DNA of 24,802 nucleotides. Source: Pseudobdellovibrionaceae bacterium (GTDB lineage Bacteria > Bdellovibrionota > Bdellovibrionia > Bdellovibrionales > Bdellovibrionaceae). Position numbers and translations under genes: made by a program. Of this stretch, positions 6,459-13,215 are shown piece after piece. Numbering within the stretch: position 1 is the stretch's first letter; every line of letters begins with the position of its first letter. The stretch is taken from positions 1 through 24,802 of the forward strand of contig JBGGMM010000119.1 in NCBI GenBank assembly GCA_041288045.1. The letters run 5' to 3'. The notes beneath the pieces are model-generated. The model was not told the origin of the DNA, ran no database searches, and was given only the letters and a program-made list of their open reading frames with translations.

Positions 6459-8393
6459 ATGGCGCGAGGAAAAATCGCAATTCTTGAAGACGATATGACT
6501 CTCGGAGCTGCCCTTAAGACAGCTTTCGAGAGAGCTGACTTCGAGGCCTATTTCACCTCTAAACCCAGCGAAATTCAGGAATACCTTGAGAGAAACAATG
6601 TCATGACACTCTTCGTGGACTGTCTTTTGCCGACAGGAAGTGGTGTTGATTTTGTCGAAGGACTGCGCAAGAAATTTCCGCCCAACTCTCTGGATGTGGT
6701 GATGATGAGCGGGATTTTTTCAGATGCCAGCGTCATCAAAGACACTGTTCGCGCCACCAAAGCCACTGCTTTTTTGAAAAAGCCATTTGACCTCGAAGAG
6801 GCAATTGCTTGCGTGAAAACCAAAGATGCGCCAATGCAGCGTGAAGACCTCTCGCCGCGAAAAGCTCTTTATCTGCTCTTCAATAAACCCAAAGTCTCCG
6901 TTCGAGAAAAACGCAAAGCCATCGAAGCACTCGAGGAAATCCACGGCTTTGACTTGCCTTATCTCTATAGCCTTTTGGTGGAAACTTTGGCCAGTGGCCA
7001 CTTGAACATTGTCGGCCAAAAAGGTGATGTTTTGGGAATTTCATTTTCAAATGGACGGATTGTCGCAGTTGATATTGCCGATAAGGAAACTCAGCTGGGA
7101 AAACTTTTGATCGAAGCTGGCTACATTTATCCCGATGACCTCAAAGAAGCTCTCAGCGCCACGACAGCGAAAAAATTAGGGGATCGTTTGATCACTGCCA
7201 ATCTTCTGAGCCCGCATGCTTTTAACATCGCTCTCGCCAATCAGATGAGCATTCGACTTTCGCGAACGATCATTGATATGCCGGTGAAAGTGAATTTCGT
7301 TGCAACCGACGTCGAGTTGACTCACCCGCATATTGATTCGGAGGCTTTTTCAGTTTTCTTGCATGACTGGATTGCTTCAAAAATTGATTTTGAATGGCTC
7401 AAAGCTCACTACACTCAGTGGGGAGATTACAGCTTGGCAAAATCACCGGCTTTCTCTCTTGATCATCCGCTTTTGAAAATGCCATTGGTGGCTCACTTTC
7501 ATGGATTTGTTGATTTTCTGACGAAGGGTCAATCCCTCAATCAAATGATGGATCAAAAAAAGTTCCCTGAAGAAACAGCTTACAAAGCTCTGCATCTTTT
7601 GTTGGCCAAGGGAATTTTGATTTTCGCTGACAGAGCGGTCAGCCAAGATCCAGCTGAGAGGATCAAGGTTCTGAAGCGTTTGCAGTCTCAATTGGCTCAC
7701 AGGAACAAACTGGAAACTTGGGATGTTTTGGTTGGTTTCGCTGGCGGATCGGATTCGGATGTCCAGTTTGTATTTAACGAATACAAGCGGCTTTTGGGTC
7801 CACAACCTCCAGCCGACCAAAAAGAAATTGCCAAGATCTGGGAGCAACTCAAGCAGATTGGTGAAGAGGCCTTGAAATTTGCTCACGGCGGAAGCCGCGA
7901 GAAAATGAAAGAGGAAATTGCCAAACAAGAAGTCGAAGCCAAAATCAAAGCTTCTTCCTTGTTTGAAGAAGCGAGAGCAGCTCTGCACAAGTCGCTCTAC
8001 ACTCAAGCGATGCCGCTTTTGACCAAATCACTTTCCTTGGATCCGTCCTTGGTCAAAGTGAAGCTGCATCTGATCTGGGCTCGTTTGGGACAGGCTGAAA
8101 CACGGGGCGGAGTCAAACCACAGCTTTTAAGCGAAGTGGAAATGGATCTTCTGCAAGTTCCACCTGAAGAAAAATATGAAGCTCTATATTCATTCGTCAT
8201 GGGACTTTTCAGCAAAGCCAAAGGGGATCTTCCAACGGCGAAAAAGTTTTTTGAAAAGGCCTACAATCTGGACAACAATTTCATTGCTGCCCGTCGTGAG
8301 ATCGCCATCATTGTCGGTAAAACTCAAAAGAAAGACCCCTTGAATAGGGACCTGAAAGAGCTTGTCGCCGGTTTCTTCAATAAGAAAAAATAA
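6459..8393 (+). CDS. Multidomain response regulator: REC, DUF4388/PatA-N-like with MshEN-like repeats, degenerate J-like segment, TPR
   Basis: REC motifs EDD, FVD54CLLP, MMSG and KKPF. Followed by SGHLNI..ISFSNGRIVAV, two LGxxLI repeats, and C-terminal TPR-like helices (KSLSLDPS, EKAYNLDNN). Confidence 0.8.
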   Translation: MARGKIAILEDDMTLGAALKTAFERADFEAYFTSKPSEIQEYLERNNVMTLFVDCLLPTGSGVDFVEGLRKKFPPNSLDVVMMSGIFSDASVIKDTVRATKATAFLKKPFDLEEAIACVKTKDAPMQREDLSPRKALYLLFNKPKVSVREKRKAIEALEEIHGFDLPYLYSLLVETLASGHLNIVGQKGDVLGISFSNGRIVAVDIADKETQLGKLLIEAGYIYPDDLKEALSATTAKKLGDRLITANLLSPHAFNIALANQMSIRLSRTIIDMPVKVNFVATDVELTHPHIDSEAFSVFLHDWIASKIDFEWLKAHYTQWGDYSLAKSPAFSLDHPLLKMPLVAHFHGFVDFLTKGQSLNQMMDQKKFPEETAYKALHLLLAKGILIFADRAVSQDPAERIKVLKRLQSQLAHRNKLETWDVLVGFAGGSDSDVQFVFNEYKRLLGPQPPADQKEIAKIWEQLKQIGEEALKFAHGGSREKMKEEIAKQEVEAKIKASSLFEEARAALHKSLYTQAMPLLTKSLSLDPSLVKVKLHLIWARLGQAETRGGVKPQLLSEVEMDLLQVPPEEKYEALYSFVMGLFSKAKGDLPTAKKFFEKAYNLDNNFIAARREIAIIVGKTQKKDPLNRDLKELVAGFFNKKK

Positions 8394-8414
8394 GGCCTGA
8401 AGCTCAACTTGCCA

Positions 8415-8900
8415 TCAAGCTGCAATTTTCGAATCAATTTCCAGAACGGGATCGAAAGTCGCAAATCGAAGCAGTCCTTTGGCTTCCAATTCACGAACAG
8501 TTTGAATGACTTTGATCACTGCGTTCGTCTGCTCAGCCGTTGTGAAGAGGTGGCTCTGCGCCAGCTCCTGGATCTCGCGAGCTTTCATCGAAGGCAGGCT
8601 GCTGATCCATTTCTCATGCAGTTGACGGCCTTGGCCTTGAGAGAGAATCTCGGCCATTCGATAAGCAGTGGCCAGGACTTGATCCGGAAGGTGAGGTGTG
8701 ATTTCCATCAGCACTTCCTGGGGCCAAGAGAGGACGCGCTCAAAGGTCAAAGATTTCACTTTCACCAAATGCGCCCAACCTGGATCTTCCGAGCCCACCA
8801 AATGCAAAAGGCTTTTTTGTTTCGAGGGATCGCAAGTTTCAAGCAATGTGATGAGTTGCTGAAAACCACCAGGTTTGCGAAAACGGCTGAGCATCGACAT
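8415..8900 (-). CDS. Stand-alone FliG C-terminal-domain-like protein, 161 aa
   Basis: Start moved to ATG 8900, with GGAGG/GGAG upstream; the track's longer extension runs through a non-coding repeat. DPGWAHLVKVKSLTFERVL, ISSLPSMKAREIQE and VIQTVRELEAKG resemble the FliG-C motifs MFxFEDL, NMSxRAAxxLxE and IxxxVRxLxxxG. Confidence 0.7.
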   Translation of the reverse strand: MSMLSRFRKPGGFQQLITLLETCDPSKQKSLLHLVGSEDPGWAHLVKVKSLTFERVLSWPQEVLMEITPHLPDQVLATAYRMAEILSQGQGRQLHEKWISSLPSMKAREIQELAQSHLFTTAEQTNAVIKVIQTVRELEAKGLLRFATFDPVLEIDSKIAA

Positions 8901-8926
8901 AGGACTCCATCCTCCAGACCTTAGTC

Positions 8927-8953
8927 TTATCGGATTTTGCCGAGGAAAATAAA
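8927..8953 (-). promoter_or_regulatory. Possible sigma-28-type promoter of the FliG-C-like gene
   Basis: Minus strand reads TTTA-N15-TCCGATAA. The -10 matches 7 of 8 positions; the -35 is weak. Confidence 0.45.
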
Positions 8954-8957
8954 ATGA

Positions 8958-9074
8958 AGGGTGCCTTTCTCTTTTTGCTTCACTCGCCGCATCAGTTTGA
9001 GACAGGGAGTAGAGGGTGCCTTTCTCTTTTCCCTTCACCCGCCGCATTATTTAGAGTCTCAGCTTCACTCGCCG
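8958..9074. repeat. 55-bp-period tandem duplication plus a partial third copy
   Basis: 8958-9003 and 9013-9058 match at 39 of 46 positions, including an identical AGGGTGCCTTTCTCTTTT. GCTTCACTCGCCG occurs at both 8977-8989 and 9062-9074. Confidence 0.85.
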
Positions 9075-9667
9075 AGCTGAGCTCGAACTTGAGAAAAATT
9101 TTGGCCAGCGAGGATTTTTTCGATGACGGCTTTTGCTTTGCCTATTTTGCTGAGGAATTCGGCTTCGTGGGGGATGATGATTCTCTGGGGATGACCTTGC
9201 CAAGCGGTTTTTATTTTCTCATTCAGATCAAGCGCCTCTTTGTGAGATTCAGTTCGAATGGGGTTGGTGGTATCAAAAGAGTCTTGATCGGCCGTATCCA
9301 AATGAATCACCCATTGGTAGCGAGCCAGTTCAGCTTCTTTGCTTGTCTGAAAAGAAGAAAAAAATTCGGCTGCTTCGCCGGGCCAGTAAGCGACGCTGTC
9401 CAAGGATCCGCGATCACAGACCAACAGTGGAGCTTGGGTCTCATCGCCAATTAAATCCTCAAGCTCTCTTTGTGTGTAGCAAATCGCTCTTTGCACATGT
9501 TTGCGCCCTTCCGGAGTGGCCCGTCGGGGGAAACCACCACGATAGAGAATGCTGGCGGCTTCGGGAACCACACTCACTTTGCCTTTTAAATCTTTTTGCA
9601 GAGCTTCGATCAAAGTTGTTTTTCCGCCAGAGGGACCACCGGTGACGACAATTTTTATTTTTCCCAT
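9065..9667 (-). CDS. AAA_28/NadR-like P-loop ATPase or kinase, 200 aa
   Basis: Walker A TGGPSGGKTT, plus VPEAAS and VCDRGSLD. Start moved to ATG 9667 (MGKIKIVV), which removes the overlap with the upstream gene. Confidence 0.85.
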   Translation of the reverse strand: MGKIKIVVTGGPSGGKTTLIEALQKDLKGKVSVVPEAASILYRGGFPRRATPEGRKHVQRAICYTQRELEDLIGDETQAPLLVCDRGSLDSVAYWPGEAAEFFSSFQTSKEAELARYQWVIHLDTADQDSFDTTNPIRTESHKEALDLNEKIKTAWQGHPQRIIIPHEAEFLSKIGKAKAVIEKILAGQNFSQVRAQLGE

Positions 9668-9683
9668 TTTCAACTCTCTTTGC

Positions 9684-10445
9684 TCAAGGCAGCTGTTCTT
9701 CTTCGATTTCAAATTCAACCAAAAGCGGCAAATGGTCTGAAAGTTCCGTCCAGGGCCTGGCACTCAAAGTGGTGCTGCTCGAAATTTTCAAATGTTTATA
9801 ATAAAGCCGATCCAGTGCCAGCTGCGGATAGAAGCTTGGGAATGATTTGGCCAATTTATTATGAACAGCACTATGAGATTCGTAAGCCCCCAAATGCTCA
9901 ATGCACATCGGGTGCAAAGATTCAGACCAATCATTAAAATCGCCACCGAGAATGAAAGGAGTTTCAGGAGGTACATGGGATTTGGCTCTTTCAACAATCT
10001 TTTCAAATTGCTGTTTGCGGCCTTTTTCTCGCAAATCCAAATGCACATTGAACACATGCAATGTGTCCTCAAGCTCGGGAAGTCCGATCTCGCAGTGAAG
10101 CAAGCCTCTTTGCTCCCAAGTGTTGGTGGAAATATTAATATTTTCCTCCATCAAAATTGGAAAGCGGCTCAAGATGGCATTGCCATGATGTCTTTCAGTG
10201 AACACCGCATTTTTTCCATAAGAGTAATGCGGCCAGATGCTATCGGCTAAAAACTCAAATTGAGCTTGCAGGGGCCAATCCGAAATCGTCTCTTGAAATT
10301 TTTTATTTTCTCCCACCACTTCCTGAAGAAGCATGAGATCAGCGCCCGTTTCACGAAGGGCGTGGCGAATGGCGTGAAGAGTGAACTTGAAGCCAGTCAG
10401 ATTAAAACCCTTATGAATGTTATAGGAAAGGACTCTGAGTTTCAT
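9684..10445 (-). CDS. Endonuclease/exonuclease/phosphatase (EEP) family hydrolase, YbhP-like
   Basis: Motifs SYNIHKG, LQEV, HHGNAILSRFP, NVHL, GGDFND, LDRLY and SDHLPL. ATG 10445 forms an ATGA overlap with the cls stop; ATG 10451 is an alternative start. Confidence 0.9.
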   Translation of the reverse strand: MKLRVLSYNIHKGFNLTGFKFTLHAIRHALRETGADLMLLQEVVGENKKFQETISDWPLQAQFEFLADSIWPHYSYGKNAVFTERHHGNAILSRFPILMEENINISTNTWEQRGLLHCEIGLPELEDTLHVFNVHLDLREKGRKQQFEKIVERAKSHVPPETPFILGGDFNDWSESLHPMCIEHLGAYESHSAVHNKLAKSFPSFYPQLALDRLYYKHLKISSSTTLSARPWTELSDHLPLLVEFEIEEEQLP

Positions 10446-11602
10446 AACCAATACCTAAACCAATATACCAAGCGGGCGAAGGCTCGCTCCAGCCATGTCA
10501 TTTGCCCCAGCTCATCTGAGGTCACGGCGTGTGAATGCCGGATGTCAGTGTCCCATCGTTCCACCAGAGGATCAACCCACTCCCTGCGTGTCAGGACCAC
10601 TTCAACTTCCAAATCATGAGTGAGGCTGCGGTGATTCAAATTGTGAGAACCGACAGTGGCCCAATCATCAATGATCAAAGTTTTCGCATGTAAGACTTGA
10701 CTCTGATATTCGTAAATGTGCACGCCAGCTCGCAACAGGCGATTAAAAAGAGAACGAGAGGCCCAGCGCACGGCCGGCACATCGGTTAAAGACGGCAAGC
10801 AAAGGCCCACATAAACTCCGCGCTGAGAAGCTTTGATCAAGGAGCGAAGCACGGATCGACGTGGAAGAAAATAGGCATTTGTGATGAGAATCCGGCTTTG
10901 CGCTTGTCGCATTCGTCGATTGAGATCTCGCAAAAGCGAATAGCGCCAGCGAAGAGTTGAATTCAAGCGAAGGACAGTGTCCACTTTCTGGCGAAGACGA
11001 TCTCTTCGGAGCAAAAAATTTCTTGGCAGCAGCACATGTTCCATTCGGGCCGTGACCCAGGCACTCAGGCAGGCTTTTCGCAAATGGGCCAGAGGGCCTC
11101 CGGTGACTTGGATGCCAGTGTCTCTCCAGGCTTGTGGGCCCATGAATTCTTCACTATGAACTTGGGAAACATTCAGACTTCCTAGGAAAGCCACTTTCTT
11201 GTCAATGATGGCGACTTTGCGGTGATTGCGTTTGTTGGCTTTTTTCAGAAGAAATAAAATGCGGCGAAGAGATCGCCAAGAGATTTTTCGCAGAAATTCC
11301 AAGCGCAAAGGAAGTGGGTGGTAAATTCGAAAATGCAAATGATGCTGAAAACAATAATCACGCAGACTTAAAAGCCAATTGAAACTGCCGACGCCGTCAA
11401 CAAGAATTTGAACTTTCACTCCTCTTTGCTGAGCACTTGATAAAGCTTCAAGCACGCGTATTCCAATTGGATCCATATTAAAAATATAGGATTCAAGAAT
11501 GATTTCTTCGTTCGCATTATGAATTGCATTTATTAGATCTCGAAAGTAGTCATCGCCGGAAAAATAAAGTTGTATCGTGTCCCAGTTGGGCTTTAAAATC
11601 AT
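10442..11602 (-). CDS. clsB: Cardiolipin synthase, ClsB-like phospholipase D superfamily
   Basis: Two HKD motifs (NHRKVAIID and HAKTLIID), plus VDGVGS and WRDT. No N-terminal TM hairpin. Adjacent to a ybhP-like gene. Confidence 0.85.
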   Translation of the reverse strand: MILKPNWDTIQLYFSGDDYFRDLINAIHNANEEIILESYIFNMDPIGIRVLEALSSAQQRGVKVQILVDGVGSFNWLLSLRDYCFQHHLHFRIYHPLPLRLEFLRKISWRSLRRILFLLKKANKRNHRKVAIIDKKVAFLGSLNVSQVHSEEFMGPQAWRDTGIQVTGGPLAHLRKACLSAWVTARMEHVLLPRNFLLRRDRLRQKVDTVLRLNSTLRWRYSLLRDLNRRMRQAQSRILITNAYFLPRRSVLRSLIKASQRGVYVGLCLPSLTDVPAVRWASRSLFNRLLRAGVHIYEYQSQVLHAKTLIIDDWATVGSHNLNHRSLTHDLEVEVVLTRREWVDPLVERWDTDIRHSHAVTSDELGQMTWLERAFARLVYWFRYWL

Positions 11603-11638
11603 AAAGGTGTCCTTAGGGTAAACTGGAGCGAATTCGAA

Positions 11639-12367
11639 ATGAAGTCATTTTTCAAAGGTCTCTCGATTCTGATATTTGCCATCGTGTTTGGCGCATGCTT
11701 AGGTTGCTTCTCTGTTGTTTTTGCCGCTCCTCAGGCTTATTTGACAATGCCGATTTCGGTCGCCGTTTTGTCTGGCGAAGACAAAGCTGTTTTTGATGAG
11801 AAAGTGGCCCCTTTGCTCAAAGATGGATTGAAGAGCTGTTCAGGCTGTTCGTTCCAAAACATCACTCCCTACACTCCAGAAGGAAAAATCGCTTTGGCTG
11901 AGGTTCCGACTCGACTGGAAACAGCCGGCTCTTCGTCTAGCTTTGTCTACATTCATTGGAACGCCAAAGTCAGTGATGAAACTCGCCCCATTTTAGAAAG
12001 TCTTAAAAAACTCACTCAGAATGGACTGATGGTCATTGGCGCAGCAGGGCTCGCAAAAGATCAAGAGCCAACTCTGTCGTTGAACAAAACGGTTCTGGGG
12101 CAAGTGGCGGGGCTCATTATTATTGGTGAACTTGAGGAAAGAGAGCGAATGCTCAATCGAGGTTATTTCGGACCTGAAATGCTCACAGCTTTGCGTCCAC
12201 CCAAGGATTATATGGGGCAAGGTTACGCCTCCTTGTTCTTTGCTTCTCGCTTAGCCACGCAGTGGAATCGAAAATCTAGCAAAGAATGGGCCCTTCATTT
12301 TCAAACCACCAAATCCAAAGTGCGAAGAATCTGGCCTGAGATCGACGACTTTTTTGGGCGCAGGTAA
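11639..12367 (+). CDS. Exported hypothetical protein, probable inactive subtilisin (S8)-fold homologue
   Basis: N-terminal signal peptide. VAVLSG, GLMVIGAAGL, LIIIGE, YFGP and MGQGYASLFFASRLA occur in S8 motif order, with catalytic residues replaced. The CDS is solid; the fold is an inference. Confidence 0.6.
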   Translation: MKSFFKGLSILIFAIVFGACLGCFSVVFAAPQAYLTMPISVAVLSGEDKAVFDEKVAPLLKDGLKSCSGCSFQNITPYTPEGKIALAEVPTRLETAGSSSSFVYIHWNAKVSDETRPILESLKKLTQNGLMVIGAAGLAKDQEPTLSLNKTVLGQVAGLIIIGELEERERMLNRGYFGPEMLTALRPPKDYMGQGYASLFFASRLATQWNRKSSKEWALHFQTTKSKVRRIWPEIDDFFGRR

Positions 12368-12369
12368 AT

Positions 12370-13212
12370 TTAGCGTCCTGGAAAAAGAACGACTCGTTCT
12401 TGATCTTCTTTCGGAATTTTACTGCGAAGAATCTCAAGCGCCTGCGAAGTCGGATAGCGGCTGGAAACATGAATCAAAACAATTTTTTCGGACTCAATAT
12501 CCTTCAGACGCGGAATGATTTCATCCAAATGAGTGTGTCCCCATTTTTTTGCCTGCTCAATCGGTTTTCGTTCGTCCAAATAAGTGGCTTCCAAAAACAA
12601 AATGCGGGATTTCTTTAAATTGGGAGTGAGATCTAAAAATTCGATCTCAGTGTCTCCAGTAAAAGAAAAAAGCAAAGTCTCTGCCCGGTCTGTCACATCG
12701 ATCCCCTGGGCCTTGGCTCTTTGAATCTCTTCTCTACCGGCTTGAAGAAATTCTTTCTTTAATTTCTTATTCTTGTGAATCAGGGAATAACCAAAAGAAT
12801 CCACTCGGTGAATGGTGGGAAAGGGGCGGACTTCGAAGGCCGGATTGATTTCAATCTTTGAATTGGCCTGAATGGGATGAAAATGAAACCGGTAGGTGTG
12901 CTTTTCTACTTTTTCCCAGATTCTCATAATCTCTGTCATCGGCTCAACAAAAGAAGCGGGCATATAAAAATCCGGAGTCGGCTCGCTGTGCATCGCTTTT
13001 TGGGAAATGATGTAAGGAATGCCTGCGGAGTGATCCAAATGCCCGTGAGTGATAAAAAATTTTTTCATTGGAAGGCAGAAAGGGTAGCCTTGAGCCACGT
13101 CAAATGCGAGTTGCAGTTCAGGATAGACCAGACTGGTACGAATGCCAGAAAGACTCAGGCCGTGAAATTTCAAACCTTGATGCTCAAAAGGAGCTCCGGC
13201 CTGAACACTCAT
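12370..13212 (-). CDS. rnz: Ribonuclease Z (metallo-beta-lactamase fold), TM-type-like
   Basis: Motifs THGHLDH, TIHRVDSFGY, FTGDT, EATYL, GHTH and LIHVSSRY, with a short basic arm KKLKKEF. Confidence 0.8.
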   Translation of the reverse strand: MSVQAGAPFEHQGLKFHGLSLSGIRTSLVYPELQLAFDVAQGYPFCLPMKKFFITHGHLDHSAGIPYIISQKAMHSEPTPDFYMPASFVEPMTEIMRIWEKVEKHTYRFHFHPIQANSKIEINPAFEVRPFPTIHRVDSFGYSLIHKNKKLKKEFLQAGREEIQRAKAQGIDVTDRAETLLFSFTGDTEIEFLDLTPNLKKSRILFLEATYLDERKPIEQAKKWGHTHLDEIIPRLKDIESEKIVLIHVSSRYPTSQALEILRSKIPKEDQERVVLFPGR

Positions 13213-13215
13213 CTA

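Noticed and set aside
8958..9074. Mini-CRISPR interpretation of the 55-bp repeat
   Set aside because: The would-be spacers are similar to each other, so this is a tandem duplication.
8409..9454. Plus-strand ORFs of 171 and 166 aa, and the 9047 start for the FliG-C-like gene
   Set aside because: The plus-strand ORFs are antisense shadows of motif-bearing genes, and the extension crosses the repeat and promoter.
9065..11602. Anti-phage defence system (PLD nuclease, nuclease, ATPase)
   Set aside because: The PLD has two HKD motifs with cardiolipin-synthase context and the EEP is YbhP-like, a known lipid-related pairing.
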